Assembly: GCA_913063435.1 (NCBI GenBank)
Contig: CAJXYI010000001.1
Coordinates: 77,246-141,245, forward strand
Direction: 5' to 3'
Length of the DNA: 64,000 nucleotides
Source: an uncultured Actinomycetales bacterium
GTDB taxonomy: Bacteria; Actinomycetota; Actinomycetes; S36-B12
Under the pieces are notes generated by a model. The model was not told the DNA's origin. It made no database searches and saw nothing but the letters and a program-made list of their open reading frames with translations. A program made the translations under genes and the position numbers. Of the stretch, positions 46,788 through 57,650 are shown one piece after another (within the stretch, counting starts at the first letter, position 1; every line of letters starts with the position of its first letter).

Positions 46788-48587
46788 ATGTTGAGAATGT
46801 CGACCCTCTTCGTGCGAACCCTGCGCGATGACCCTGCCGACGCTGAGGTGCCCAGCCATCGGCTCCTCGTGCGGGCAGGCTACGTCCGACGCGTGGCGCC
46901 GGGGATCTTCAGCTGGCTGCCGCTGGGCTATGCGACATATCGCAACATCGAGCGCATCGTGCGTGACGAGATGGACTCAGCCGGGTTCCAGGAGGTTCAT
47001 TTCCCGGCCCTGCTGCCGCGCGAACCGTATGAGCGAACCAACAGGTGGGTGGAGTACGGCGACACGCTCTTTCGACTGGTAGACCGCAAGGGTGCTGACT
47101 ATCTGCTCGGCCCCACGCATGAGGAGATGTTCACTCTGCTCGTCAAGGGCGAATACTCCTCCTATAAGGATCTTCCGCTCATCATCTATCAAATCCAGAC
47201 CAAGTATCGCGATGAAGCCCGCCCGCGGGCAGGTATCCTGCGCGGCCGCGAATTCGTGATGAAGGACTCCTATTCCTTCGATATCGACGACGCCGGACTC
47301 GAGGCGTCCTATCAGCGGCATCGGGATGCCTACATCGCCACGTTCGATCGACTGGGTTTGAACTACGTGATCGTATCGGCGATGTCAGGCGCGATGGGCG
47401 GCTCGAAGAGCGAGGAGTTTCTGGCACCGACGGAATACGGCGAGGACACCTTCGTGCGCTGTGCAGCATGTGACTATGCCGCCAATGTCGAAGCGGTGGT
47501 CACACCGGCGCCGACCGCATCAGCAACTGACGGACTCCCACCTGCGGTCGTCCATGACACGCCGGATACCCCGACCATCGAGACACTCGTGGCGGTGTCC
47601 AATGCCCGGGATGAGACCGCGCGTGCAGACCGGCCCTGGCAGGCCGGCGACACGTTGAAGAACGTCGTGCTGATGGTGACCGAGTCCGATGGCAGTAAGG
47701 CGCCTTTGATCATCGGGGTGCCCGGCGATCGTGATATCGATGTCAAGCGCCTCGAGGCGGCCTTGCATCCGGCGCAGGCCCAACCCTTCGAGGATGCGGA
47801 CTTCGCGGCACATCCAGCACTGGTCAAGGGCTACATCGGTCCCCAGGTGCTGGGAGCCGATCGCGGGTTCCGCTATCTGGTCGATCCGCGGATCGTCGAG
47901 GGCACATCGTGGATCACCGGTGCGAACAGTCCGGGTCAGCATGTCTACGGGCTGGTCGCCGGTCGCGATTTCACCTGGGACGGAGTCATCGACGTCGCCG
48001 AGGTCCGCGCAGGTGATGCATGCCCGAACTGCTCAGCAACGTTGGTGATGGCCCGCGGTATCGAGATCGGCCACATCTTCCAACTCGGTCGCAAGTACGC
48101 CGAGGCACTCGACCTCACGGTCTTGGACGAGAACGGTAGGTCGACCATCGTCACGATGGGGTCGTATGGGCTGGGGGTCTCTCGAGCGGTAGCTGCCATT
48201 GCCGAGCAGCACCACGATGAGCGCGGCCTGTGCTGGCCACGGGCTGTCGCGCCCGCTGACGTGTACCTCATCGCGGCGGGCAAGGACGACACCGTGTTCG
48301 AAGCGGCTGAACGTCTCGCCGAATCCTTCGAGGAATCCGGCGTTCGGGTCCTGTTCGACGATCGCCGCGGTGTCTCGCCGGGGGTGAAGTTCAATGACTC
48401 GGAACTGATCGGCATCCCGACGATCGTGGTTGTCGGTAAGCGGCTCGCTGACGGCTTCGTCGAGGTCAAGGATCGTGCCAGCGGGGAACGCAGCGACGTC
48501 GCCATCGATGAGGTCGTCGAGATGATCGCGAATCTGTGTGGCCACGGACCGGCTGAGAGCCGCCTGGGCGTCAACCCATCGCCATGA
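46788..48587 (+). CDS. proS: proline--tRNA ligase (bacterial type with INS editing domain)
   Basis: [32 protein letters not shown]... Start ATG 46788; alternatives are 46797 or GTG 46764. Confidence 0.9.
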   Translation: MLRMSTLFVRTLRDDPADAEVPSHRLLVRAGYVRRVAPGIFSWLPLGYATYRNIERIVRDEMDSAGFQEVHFPALLPREPYERTNRWVEYGDTLFRLVDRKGADYLLGPTHEEMFTLLVKGEYSSYKDLPLIIYQIQTKYRDEARPRAGILRGREFVMKDSYSFDIDDAGLEASYQRHRDAYIATFDRLGLNYVIVSAMSGAMGGSKSEEFLAPTEYGEDTFVRCAACDYAANVEAVVTPAPTASATDGLPPAVVHDTPDTPTIETLVAVSNARDETARADRPWQAGDTLKNVVLMVTESDGSKAPLIIGVPGDRDIDVKRLEAALHPAQAQPFEDADFAAHPALVKGYIGPQVLGADRGFRYLVDPRIVEGTSWITGANSPGQHVYGLVAGRDFTWDGVIDVAEVRAGDACPNCSATLVMARGIEIGHIFQLGRKYAEALDLTVLDENGRSTIVTMGSYGLGVSRAVAAIAEQHHDERGLCWPRAVAPADVYLIAAGKDDTVFEAAERLAESFEESGVRVLFDDRRGVSPGVKFNDSELIGIPTIVVVGKRLADGFVEVKDRASGERSDVAIDEVVEMIANLCGHGPAESRLGVNPSP

Positions 48588-49306
48588 CGACTGTCTCTTC
48601 GACGATCAAGGCGGTCATCTTCGACTGGGGCGGGACCTTGACTCCCTGGCATGACATCGATCTGGTGGCCCAGTGGCGGGAATACGCCGATGTCTACGAC
48701 CCGCGTGACTCCTCACTCGCCCAGCGACTGGCAGATGCGGAGTTAGCGCAGTGGCGGGAGCAGCAGGCAACCCGAGGGGCCAATGGCACCGGAGCGCTGG
48801 AGCACATCTGGGGGGCGGCGGGCGTCGACATCGATTCGTCACGACACCACGCTGCGGTGCAGGCCTATCTGCGCGGCTGGGACCCGCACACCATCGCCGA
48901 TCCCGATGCCATCGACACCATGACCAGACTGTCCCGTGGTGGGATCGCGATCGGTGTCCTATCGAACACGATGTGGCCGCGCGAACATCATGAGGCGGTG
49001 TTCGCGCGCGACGGGCTGCTCGAGCTGATCGATGTCGCCGTGTATTCCAGCGAACTACCGGTGGCCAAGCCGCACCTCGACGCATTCCGCGCAGTACTCG
49101 ATGGCCTCGGAGTCACGCCGGCGGAGGCCGTATTCGTGGGTGACCGACCGTGGGATGACGTCCACGGGGCGCAACTGGTGGGCATGCGGGCGATCTTGAT
49201 TCCGCATTCGCGTCTGGGGGATCAGGCGGTGGATATCGATGTGCAGCCTGATGCGGTCGCTCATCGACTGTCGGATGTCGTCGACATCGTCGAATCCTGG
49301 CGGTAA
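48584..49306 (+). CDS. HAD-superfamily hydrolase
   Basis: 240 aa. Motif [10 protein letters not shown] and C-terminal [16 protein letters not shown] overlap with proS. Confidence 0.75.
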   Translation: MTTVSSTIKAVIFDWGGTLTPWHDIDLVAQWREYADVYDPRDSSLAQRLADAELAQWREQQATRGANGTGALEHIWGAAGVDIDSSRHHAAVQAYLRGWDPHTIADPDAIDTMTRLSRGGIAIGVLSNTMWPREHHEAVFARDGLLELIDVAVYSSELPVAKPHLDAFRAVLDGLGVTPAEAVFVGDRPWDDVHGAQLVGMRAILIPHSRLGDQAVDIDVQPDAVAHRLSDVVDIVESWR

Positions 49307-49312
49307 CCACTG

Positions 49313-50104
49313 ATGTTCACCGGGGACGCCACCATCGAATGGTGGGCGATCATCCTGCTGTGCCTGGTGGCTCTCGTCGCAGGATGGGTTGATGCGGTGA
49401 GCGGCGGTGGTGGGCTGATCCAGGTACCCGCGCTGCTGCTCGCGGTCCCGGCGAGTCAACCGGCCACCGCACTGGGAACGAATAAGGTGTCCTCGGTCTT
49501 CGGGACCTTCGCGGCAGCGATCACCTACGCCCGCCGTGAGCCACCGGACGTGCGCACCGCCCTGCCCATGGCATTCGCGGCCTTCGGTGGTTCGGCTGCC
49601 GGCGCCTTGGTTGCCCTGCGTCTGCCGGTCGAGGTCCTGCGCCCGATCGTGTTGATCGCCCTCGCGAGCGTCTGGGTGCTGATTGCGGTTCGACCGACAT
49701 GGGGGATCCGAGAGGGAGATGCGGTGTCGCGTCGCCGGCGGATGGGAACCGCGATCGTGGGCGGTGCAGGAATCGGGTTCTACGACGGGATGCTGGGTCC
49801 GGGCACCGGTGCCTTCCTGATCGTCTTGCTCGTCGCTGCCTTGGGATATTCGTATCTGCGGGCATCCGGCACCGCGAAGATCGTCAACGTGGGAACGAAC
49901 GTGGCGGCCATCATCATCTTTGGATTCGGCGGCTCGATCCTGTGGCTGGTTGGGGTGGCGATGGGTGCCGCCAACATCGTCGGTGGCGTCATCGGTGCCC
50001 GAACAGCTCTTGCTCGAGGTAGTGGGTTCGTGCGCATCGTGCTGCTCGTGGTGGTCGCGGTCCTACTGGTCACCCTGGCTTGGGATACCTGGCGCACCTG
50101 GTAG
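49313..50104 (+). CDS. TauE/SafE (TSUP) family membrane transporter
   Basis: 263 aa. DAVSGGGGLIQVPALL motif, about 8 TM helices. Confidence 0.75.
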   Translation: MFTGDATIEWWAIILLCLVALVAGWVDAVSGGGGLIQVPALLLAVPASQPATALGTNKVSSVFGTFAAAITYARREPPDVRTALPMAFAAFGGSAAGALVALRLPVEVLRPIVLIALASVWVLIAVRPTWGIREGDAVSRRRRMGTAIVGGAGIGFYDGMLGPGTGAFLIVLLVAALGYSYLRASGTAKIVNVGTNVAAIIIFGFGGSILWLVGVAMGAANIVGGVIGARTALARGSGFVRIVLLVVVAVLLVTLAWDTWRTW

Positions 50105-50141
50105 CGCGAACCTGCCGAGCGAACCTGCCGAGCGAACTCGA

Positions 50142-50543
50142 TCAGCGGCCCGGAAAAGCCTGCGGTTCGCCACCCCAGGCAACTGACCGCACGGCGCATT
50201 CGCGTGCGGAAAGCACAGCGTCACGGCGTTCCATGCCGGTGCTGGCGGCTGCGAGATCGGCATAGACCGCGGCCAGGCGAACCTCGACACCGGCCAGCAG
50301 GCTCGCCGCCTGGGTCGCGTCGGTAGGTGTGTCGACATCGAACCCACCGGCGGACGCCGGTTGGTCGGCGACGGGAATGCGTTGACGCAATGACACGATT
50401 CGCAGGCGGTGGGCAGCCAGGCCGCCGCGGGCGAGGTCGCCGAGGCTGCCGGACAATCGAGGAATCGCGAGGCCGTAGGAGTACACAGCGGCAGATTCAC
50501 CGTCGATCGCGGCTATCAGTGCATCCAAGGTCGCGTCACTCAT
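50142..50543 (-). CDS. ferritin-like domain protein (DUF4439-like)
   Basis: 133 aa. AIDGESAAVYSYGL pattern. Overlaps the upstream partner gene by 4 nt. Confidence 0.55.
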   Translation of the reverse strand: MSDATLDALIAAIDGESAAVYSYGLAIPRLSGSLGDLARGGLAAHRLRIVSLRQRIPVADQPASAGGFDVDTPTDATQAASLLAGVEVRLAAVYADLAAASTGMERRDAVLSARECAVRSVAWGGEPQAFPGR

Positions 50544-51064
50544 GAGGACGGACCTGTCGTGGAGAGTGCCTCGGAGTGGCTGGCTTCCGATGCGGCGATG
50601 AGGGCGAGGAGTCGAGCGAGATCCTCGGCTCCGGCTTGCTCGCAGTCCACGGTTCGCGCATCAGCGGCACGTCGCTCGGCAGTGATGATCTCGGCCACAG
50701 CCGTGCCGGGGTCAGCCGAGACGGTCGGCACATTCGGGGGATTCCCCGTAGCGGGTGCGATGCCCGCCTCCAGTGCAGCCCGGTGCTCCCGATGCTGCTC
50801 GGCGAGTGGTGCGAGGCTCGCCGCTAGCCCCGCATGCGCGGTGATCGTGGCCTCGTAGAGCGCGATGAGCTCGTTCTCCGCCGCGGCGGCGGCCGCACGC
50901 AATGCCGCATCGGCCGAGGCCGTCGAATCATCGGTGGGTCCGTCTGTCGTCGGGGCTGGGTCAGGCCCAGGGTCGGCATCCGGGGTGCATCCGATGCTCG
51001 CCGGAACCACCGCTGCGACGATGGCGAAACCCAGCAGGGTCCGCCGCCGCATCCGTGCCTGCAT
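50540..51064 (-). CDS. putative Tat/lipoprotein with ferritin-like (DUF4439-like) domain
   Basis: 174 aa. N-terminus MRRRTLLGFAIVAAVVPASIGC (twin-Arg-like motif plus lipobox Cys). Confidence 0.55.
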   Translation of the reverse strand: MQARMRRRTLLGFAIVAAVVPASIGCTPDADPGPDPAPTTDGPTDDSTASADAALRAAAAAAENELIALYEATITAHAGLAASLAPLAEQHREHRAALEAGIAPATGNPPNVPTVSADPGTAVAEIITAERRAADARTVDCEQAGAEDLARLLALIAASEASHSEALSTTGPSS

Positions 51065-51213
51065 CGTCAGGATCCGTCCTCTCGGGCATCACAGCACCAT
51101 CGGTGTCCGGTCATGCGATCCCGAGGTCGAGGGCAGGCGACGAGGACGACATGACCGGCTGCCCCAGGATGCCACGAGCCACCAGTACTCTTCGGCACAG
51201 GAGGTGAAACCCC

Positions 51214-51780
51214 ATGGCATCGCCGACGCACCAGGCCACGGCACGGGCACGCATGCGGGCGCTGGCACTCGCACTGACGGAGTCGCTGGCGGGCGTCGTC
51301 GCGCAGCAGGGGGCGGACCTCGAGGATGTCGAGGTCACGGCGGCGGGGCGACGCACTCGAATCCGCGTCGTCGTCGATGCCGATGAGGGAATCGACCTCG
51401 ATGCCATCGCGACGATCAGCCAGGCGATCTCATCGGTGCTCGATGATCCTGCGCAAGCTGGTGGAAGCCTCGATGCGATGCATCCAGGCCCATACACGCT
51501 TGAGGTGACATCTCCCGGTGTGGATCGCCCCTTGACCCTGCCGCGCCATTGGCGCCGCAACCTGTCGCGCCTCGTCGAGATCACGTTCCGCGACGATGAC
51601 GACGCGGCCTCCCACGAGCAGGCGGCACGTGGTGGATCCACCCTGGTGGGACGGATCAACGCGGTGACCGACACCGATGTGACTGTCGACGTCGAGGGGC
51701 AGCCACGAGACGTAGCCTTTGCAGATATCGCTCACGCGACGGTTCAGATCGAATTCCGTCGACCTGACGAAGGGAGGTAG
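51214..51780 (+). CDS. rimP: ribosome maturation factor RimP
   Basis: 188 aa. LEVTSPGVDRPL motif and position upstream of nusA. Confidence 0.85.
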   Translation: MASPTHQATARARMRALALALTESLAGVVAQQGADLEDVEVTAAGRRTRIRVVVDADEGIDLDAIATISQAISSVLDDPAQAGGSLDAMHPGPYTLEVTSPGVDRPLTLPRHWRRNLSRLVEITFRDDDDAASHEQAARGGSTLVGRINAVTDTDVTVDVEGQPRDVAFADIAHATVQIEFRRPDEGR

Positions 51781-51789
51781 GCCTCGAAC

Positions 51790-52830
51790 ATGGATATCGA
51801 TGTGAGCGCGCTCAGGGCTCTGGTGCGCGATAAGGAACTGTCCTGGGAACTCGTGCTGTCCTCCATCGAACAGGCCCTCCTATCCGCATATCAGCGGACA
51901 GAGGGGGCTGCTGCCTCAGCGCGAGTCGAGGTCGATCGAGCATCTGGTCACGTCACCGTCTGGGCGCGTGAACCGGAGTCCGATGATGGGCAACCCGGCC
52001 GGGAATACGACGACACGCCCGATGGGTTCGGACGCATCGCGGCTACGACGGCACGTCAGGTGTTCCTGCAGCGGCTGCGCGAGGTGGATGATGAGCGTAG
52101 GTTCGGCGAATTCAGCGGCACCGAGGGCGATCTGGTGTCCGGTGTCATCCAGCAGGGATCCGACCCGCGAGTCGTCCGCGTCGACCTGGGCAAGGTCGAG
52201 GCGGTCCTTCCCCCCTCGGAACAGGTTCCCGGCGAGTCGTATCCGCATGGAAATCGCATCAGATGCGTCGTCGTAGGCGTTCGCAAGGGTCCGCGTGGCC
52301 CCCAGGTGACCGTGTCGCGGTCACATCCTGCACTGGTGCGCGGACTGTTCGCCCTCGAAGTTCCCGAGATCAACGATGGCAGCGTCGCGATCGCAGCACT
52401 TGCACGGGAGGCGGGTCATCGCACCAAGATCGCGGTGCGGCCGACCGTGCCGGGTGTCAACGCGAAGGGCGCCTGCATCGGCCCGATGGGGCAGCGGGTG
52501 CGTCAGGTCATGAGCGAATTGGGTGGTGAGAAGATCGACATCGTCGACTTCTCGGACGACCCTGCAGCCTTCATCGCACACGCTCTATCTCCAGCTCGGG
52601 TCTCATCCGTTCGCGTCGTCGATCTCCCAACGCGGGCCGCGCAGGTGATCGTGCCTGACTACCAACTGTCCCTGGCGATCGGACGCGAGGGTCAGAACGC
52701 GCGCCTCGCTGCCCGCCTCACAGGCTGGCGCATCGATATCCGCTCCGACGCCGCTGCCGCGCCGGAAGCGACACCCCCCGGAGGTGGCAGTCCATCCGGG
52801 GCACCCGCGGCACCCGTGTCGCAAGACTGA
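51790..52830 (+). CDS. nusA: transcription termination/antitermination factor NusA
   Basis: 346 aa. S1 and KH regions ([24 protein letters not shown]). Confidence 0.92.
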   Translation: MDIDVSALRALVRDKELSWELVLSSIEQALLSAYQRTEGAAASARVEVDRASGHVTVWAREPESDDGQPGREYDDTPDGFGRIAATTARQVFLQRLREVDDERRFGEFSGTEGDLVSGVIQQGSDPRVVRVDLGKVEAVLPPSEQVPGESYPHGNRIRCVVVGVRKGPRGPQVTVSRSHPALVRGLFALEVPEINDGSVAIAALAREAGHRTKIAVRPTVPGVNAKGACIGPMGQRVRQVMSELGGEKIDIVDFSDDPAAFIAHALSPARVSSVRVVDLPTRAAQVIVPDYQLSLAIGREGQNARLAARLTGWRIDIRSDAAAAPEATPPGGGSPSGAPAAPVSQD

Positions 52831-52846
52831 GGGGAGGGAGACCGTC

Positions 52847-53113
52847 GTGGCTCCATCCGGGCTCAGGGATACCCGACGACCGATCCGGACCTGCATCGGC
52901 TGTCGGGTGCGTGCGGATCGTGCGGATCTGCTGCGGGTGGTCGCGGTCGACTCGCACGTCCACCCCGATCCCGAGGGGCGGATGCCGGGGCGAGGTGCGT
53001 GGCTGCATCCGAGCTGTTTGGCCGCGGCGGAAGGCCGTCGGGCTTTCGGTCGGGCACTGCGTGTCAGCGGCCCGCTGGACCTGCAGCCACTGCGCTCGTG
53101 GATCTCCCCCTAG
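52847..53113 (+). CDS. ylxR: YlxR-family (DUF448) RNA-binding protein
   Basis: Start GTG 52847, preceded by GGGGAGGGAG. RTCIGCR motif. Confidence 0.8.
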   Translation: MAPSGLRDTRRPIRTCIGCRVRADRADLLRVVAVDSHVHPDPEGRMPGRGAWLHPSCLAAAEGRRAFGRALRVSGPLDLQPLRSWISP

Positions 53114-53348
53114 GTTCGATGCGATGTCGGGGGGATGTAACCTCGGGGGTTGGTGAGGGGATGGTGCCCGCGGCTACGCCGAGGGAATGTCCCGCTGACC
53201 GTGACCGTTAACAGTTCCGTGGACCACTGGGGTCCGCTACGAAGATCGGGAGTCCCGAGGATGAGCCACCCATGAGTGCGAAGCCATGAGCAGGTTCACA
53301 GGCAACTGACGGTCCGGGACACCCCCCGGACCGTAAGACAGGAGAGAA

Positions 53349-56192
53349 GTGTCGAAGGTCCGGGTCTACGAGCTCGCAAAGGAGCTCGGAGTGGAAAGCA
53401 AGGTCGTGCTCAACAAACTGGCTGAGCTCGGCGAGTTCGTCCGGTCGGCATCGTCGACCGTCGAGGCGCCCGTTGCGCGTCGTCTGAAGGAAGCCATGCC
53501 GGCAGCACCTGCCCCGGCGAAGAAGGCCCCGGCGAAGAAGGCCCCTGCGAAGAAGGCCCCTGCGAAGAAGTCCGCGGCCAGGAAGTCGACTCCGGCGTCG
53601 ACTGAGCCGACAGATTCCGCGGTGGTCGAGACAGCGGCGGCGGATGCCGCGGCGGCTACAACCTCTGCACCTAGCGATTCAGAGTCAGGGGCACCAGCGG
53701 AGGTGGATGATCGCGCCTCCGGTGCCGTCGCACCCGCACCGGTCGCTGAGGAAGATCATCCAGCGACGTCGCCCGCTGCCCCCGCGGCCGATCACGCAAC
53801 GGCCGAGACCACCGATCGCCCGGATGCCGAGTCCCAGGAGCAGGCGCCGCGCCCGGGTCCCCGTCCCGGTGGCCCTCGCCCAGCAGGGCCTCGACCGGGG
53901 AACAACCCGTTCTCGGGCAATGTGGGACGCCCTGCAGCGCCGCGACCGGGGAACAACCCCTTCGGTACGAGCACCGGTATGGGTCGTCCGGGAGCAACTC
54001 CCGGAAGCATGCCCCGCGGAGGGGTACCCGGGGCACCACGCCCGAATCCCTCGAGCATGCCTGCGGCCCGCGGGCCCCGACCCGGCGGTGCCCGTCCGGG
54101 TGCGCCCCGACCAGGAGGTGCGGGTCGCCCACCGGCTCGCCAGGGCGGTGGCGGTACCGGTGGTTCAGGCCTGGCAGCACCAACCTCGCCCGGTAGTCCG
54201 CCCGGACGCGGTGGTCCGCCAGGACGAGGTGGCGGTCCCGGTCGCGGTGGGCCGGGGCGTGGCGGTACAGCCGGTGCCTTCGGTCGTCCAGGCGGCCGAC
54301 CTACCCGTGGCCGCAAGTCCAAGCGCGCCAAGCGTCAGGAATTCGACAACATGCAGGCCCCGACTATCGGTGGCGTGCGGTTGCCGCGCGGCGAAGGACA
54401 GGTCGTCAGGCTTCCGCGTGGGGCGAGTTTGACCGATTTTGCGGAGAAGATCGATGCCAGTCCCGCCGATCTTGTGACGGTGCTGTTCAAACTCGGAGAA
54501 ATGGTGACAGCCACACAGTCGGTCGACGATGACACGTTGAAACTGCTCGGTGGCGAATTGAACTTCGACGTCCAGGTTGTCTCACCCGAGGATGAGGATC
54601 GTGAGCTGCTCGAGAGCTTCAATCTCGATTTCGGCGAAGACTCAGGCGGTGCCGAGGAAATGCAGGCACGACCACCTGTCGTCACGGTCATGGGCCACGT
54701 GGATCACGGTAAGACGAAACTTCTCGATGCGGTGCGCAAGACGAATGTCGTTGCCGGTGAGGCGGGCGGCATCACCCAGCACATCGGGGCGTACCAGATC
54801 ATCGCGCATTCCGATAATGGCGATCGACCGATCACCTTCATCGATACCCCCGGTCACGAGGCCTTCACCGCGATGCGAGCGCGCGGTGCGCAGGTCACCG
54901 ACATCGCGATCCTGGTCGTGGCCGCCGACGACGGAGTCAAGCCGCAGACGATCGAGGCTCTCAATCACGCGCAGGCAGCCGAAGTCCCCATTGTGGTTGC
55001 GGTGAACAAGATCGATAAAGAGGGCGCCGATCCGGCCAAGGTGCGAGGCCAACTCACTGAATACGGTCTCATCGCCGAGGAATACGGCGGCGAGACGATG
55101 TTCGTCGACGTCTCGGCGATCTCGGGGACCGGCATCGATTCACTACTCGAGGCGGTGCTGCTGACTGCAGACGCCGCGCTCGATCTGCGGGCGAATCCCG
55201 ACCAGGACGCTCAAGGTGTCGCGATCGAAGCGCATCTCGACCGGGGTCGGGGTCCGGTAGCCACGGTTCTGGTTCAGCGTGGCACCTTGCGGGCGGGATC
55301 GTCGATCGTGGCCGGAGATGCCTACGGTCGCGTTCGGGCGATGCTCGATGAGGATGGCAATTCCGTCGAGATGGCAGGTCCGTCACGACCTGTCCAGGTG
55401 CTGGGATTGACCAGTGTTCCGGGCGCTGGCGACACGTTCCTCGTCGTGAATGAGGACCGGATCGCCCGGCAGATCGCAACGACTCGCCAGGCCCGTGAGC
55501 GAAATGCTCAACTGGCCCGCAGTCGTGGTCGACGCAGCCTCGAGGACTTCTTGAAGACTCTCGAGCACGGCGAACGCAGTGAACTGAATCTGGTCATCAA
55601 AGGCGACGTGTCCGGCTCGGTCGAGGCGTTGGAGGATGCCCTGCTGAAGATCGAGGTCGGCGATGAAGTGTCGCTTCGAGTGATCCACCGCGGTGTCGGC
55701 GCCATCACGAAGAGCGATGTCACGTTGGCCAGTGCATCCGATGCCGTCGTGATCGGATTCAACGTCCGGCCCGAAGGCAAGGTGGCGGAACTCGCATCGC
55801 AAGAAGGTGTGGATGTTCGGTACTACTCGGTGATCTATCAGGCCATCGAAGAGGTCGAGGCAGCCCTCAAGGGCATGCTGAAGCCCGAGTTCGAGGAAGT
55901 GCAGCTCGGCACCGCCGAGGTTCGCGACATCTTCAAGTCGTCGAAGTTCGGCACCATCGCCGGATGTCTGGTTCAAAGTGGCGAGATCCGCCGCAACTCC
56001 AAGGCCCGGCTTGTTCGAGACGGGGCCGTGGTCGCCGATAACCTCACCGTGGCCTCGCTTCGTCGGTTCAAGGACGATGCGACCGAGGTGCGCGAAGGCT
56101 TCGAGTGCGGCATCAACCTGGGCAACTACACCGATGTGAAGGTCGATGACGTCATCGAGACCTTCGAAATGCGGGAGAAGACACGCGCCTGA
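53349..56192 (+). CDS. infB: translation initiation factor IF-2
   Basis: 947 aa. [15 protein letters not shown]-terminus, low-complexity A/P/K and G/P/R region, GTPase [12 protein letters not shown]. Confidence 0.95.
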   Translation: MSKVRVYELAKELGVESKVVLNKLAELGEFVRSASSTVEAPVARRLKEAMPAAPAPAKKAPAKKAPAKKAPAKKSAARKSTPASTEPTDSAVVETAAADAAAATTSAPSDSESGAPAEVDDRASGAVAPAPVAEEDHPATSPAAPAADHATAETTDRPDAESQEQAPRPGPRPGGPRPAGPRPGNNPFSGNVGRPAAPRPGNNPFGTSTGMGRPGATPGSMPRGGVPGAPRPNPSSMPAARGPRPGGARPGAPRPGGAGRPPARQGGGGTGGSGLAAPTSPGSPPGRGGPPGRGGGPGRGGPGRGGTAGAFGRPGGRPTRGRKSKRAKRQEFDNMQAPTIGGVRLPRGEGQVVRLPRGASLTDFAEKIDASPADLVTVLFKLGEMVTATQSVDDDTLKLLGGELNFDVQVVSPEDEDRELLESFNLDFGEDSGGAEEMQARPPVVTVMGHVDHGKTKLLDAVRKTNVVAGEAGGITQHIGAYQIIAHSDNGDRPITFIDTPGHEAFTAMRARGAQVTDIAILVVAADDGVKPQTIEALNHAQAAEVPIVVAVNKIDKEGADPAKVRGQLTEYGLIAEEYGGETMFVDVSAISGTGIDSLLEAVLLTADAALDLRANPDQDAQGVAIEAHLDRGRGPVATVLVQRGTLRAGSSIVAGDAYGRVRAMLDEDGNSVEMAGPSRPVQVLGLTSVPGAGDTFLVVNEDRIARQIATTRQARERNAQLARSRGRRSLEDFLKTLEHGERSELNLVIKGDVSGSVEALEDALLKIEVGDEVSLRVIHRGVGAITKSDVTLASASDAVVIGFNVRPEGKVAELASQEGVDVRYYSVIYQAIEEVEAALKGMLKPEFEEVQLGTAEVRDIFKSSKFGTIAGCLVQSGEIRRNSKARLVRDGAVVADNLTVASLRRFKDDATEVREGFECGINLGNYTDVKVDDVIETFEMREKTRA

Positions 56193-56244
56193 CACGTGGA
56201 AGTCAGGACCGGAAGGCGCTTGCGACACCGACACAGGAGGAGTC

Positions 56245-56706
56245 ATGGTTGCTCACGCGCGTGCGCGTCGACTAGCCGAGCGAGTGAAGGAGATCGTGGC
56301 GAGTTCGCTCGAGTTCGAGGTCAAGGATCCGCGATTAGGATTCGTCACCATCACCGATGTGCGGGTCACTCCCGACCTTCGGGAGGCCACGGTGTTCTAC
56401 ACCGTCCTCGGCGACGAATCCGAGCAGGCCGCGACAGCGGCGGCGTTGGAGTCGGCCAAGGGGGTTTTGCGAACCGAAGTCGGCAGGCAGACGGGGATCA
56501 AGCACACACCGTCCCTGGCATTCGTCCTCGACGCTCTGCCTGATACCGCCCGACATATCGATGATCTGCTTCGCCAGGCTGCCGAAGCAGATGCGCAGGT
56601 GCATGCCCGGGCCAACGGTGCCACCTATGCCGGCGACGCCGATCCGTATCGACACGACGATTCCGAGGATCAGCCGGAGTCGGTGGGAGGCGATGACAAC
56701 CGGTGA
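56245..56706 (+). CDS. rbfA: ribosome-binding factor A
   Basis: ORF-track start trimmed to ATG 56245 (AGGAGGAG upstream). RRLAERVKEIVASSLEFEVKDPRLGFVTITDVRVTPDL. Confidence 0.9.
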   Translation: MVAHARARRLAERVKEIVASSLEFEVKDPRLGFVTITDVRVTPDLREATVFYTVLGDESEQAATAAALESAKGVLRTEVGRQTGIKHTPSLAFVLDALPDTARHIDDLLRQAAEADAQVHARANGATYAGDADPYRHDDSEDQPESVGGDDNR

Positions 56707-57650
56707 AACCACCGGTTGACTGGCAGGACGAGAGATCGCCGGAGGGGATCTTGCTCGTCGACAAACCTGCCGGTGTGAGTTCCCACGCGGTCGTTGCTCG
56801 CGTACGCAAGGCGCTCTCGATCCGCAAGGTGGGACACGCAGGGACCCTGGATCCCGATGCGACCGGACTCTTGGTTGTCGGAGTGGGGAGGGCTACGCGC
56901 CTCCTGGGCCACCTGACGAAAACGATGAAGTCCTATACATCGACGATCAGACTCGGAGTCGGAACCGACACCGACGATGCGGCAGGGCAGGTGCTCGACA
57001 TGGTCGGCTGTCACGATGTCACCGACGACCAGGTCCGTTCCGCGTTCAGCAGTCAGGTCGGCACCATCGACCAGGTGCCGAGCGCGGTGAGTGCCGTCAA
57101 GGTCGACGGTAAACGGGCGTACTCGCGAGTGCGAGCTGGAGAGTCGGTTGACCTCGCTGCACGGCGTGTCACGATCCACGCACTCGACGTCCTGGGGATT
57201 CATCGGGATGCACTTCGATCCGACATCGACTCTGTCACCATGGTCGATGTCGATATCTTGGTGACCTGCTCTGCGGGGACCTACATCCGCGCGATCGCCC
57301 GTGATGTTGGAGCCTCTCTCGGGATTGGTGGGCACGTGGTGACTCTCCGGCGGACTCGAGCCGGGGATTTCCACATCGGGGAAGCCAGCAGTCTCCATGA
57401 GGTCACCGAGGCTGGATCGGTGTCGCGGCGTTGGCTGATGTCGATGCGTGATGCCGCAATGCGGTCCATGCCCCACTTCCTGATCGATGATGAGTCCGCA
57501 CGGGCAGTGCGACATGGTCGCAAGATCCCCTGGCCGGGCGAAGGGAACTCCCCAACGTCCGAGCCGACGGCGTTGATCGGCGCCGATTCACTGGTGGGTA
57601 TCGCCGAAAGGTCGGGGGCGCAAGCCCGTTATCTCGCAGTCTTCGACTGA
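56703..57650 (+). CDS. truB: tRNA pseudouridine(55) synthase
   Basis: 315 aa. GILLVDKPAGVSSH, HAGTLDPDATG catalytic Asp motif. GTGA overlap with rbfA. Confidence 0.9.
   Translation: MKPPVDWQDERSPEGILLVDKPAGVSSHAVVARVRKALSIRKVGHAGTLDPDATGLLVVGVGRATRLLGHLTKTMKSYTSTIRLGVGTDTDDAAGQVLDMVGCHDVTDDQVRSAFSSQVGTIDQVPSAVSAVKVDGKRAYSRVRAGESVDLAARRVTIHALDVLGIHRDALRSDIDSVTMVDVDILVTCSAGTYIRAIARDVGASLGIGGHVVTLRRTRAGDFHIGEASSLHEVTEAGSVSRRWLMSMRDAAMRSMPHFLIDDESARAVRHGRKIPWPGEGNSPTSEPTALIGADSLVGIAERSGAQARYLAVFD

Noticed and set aside
51107-51158. A 9-bp inverted repeat (CCGGTCATG / CATGACCGG) with a 34-nt spacer upstream of rimP.
   Set aside because: The arms are short and the loop is long. Such pairs are expected by chance in GC-rich DNA, and there is no supporting feature.
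53500-54330. A 15-nt tandem repeat (GCCCCGGCGAAGAAG x4, encoding APAKK x4) and a long G/P/R-rich stretch inside infB.
   Set aside because: This is the low-complexity N-terminal linker typical of actinobacterial IF-2. It is in frame and part of the CDS, not a separate element.
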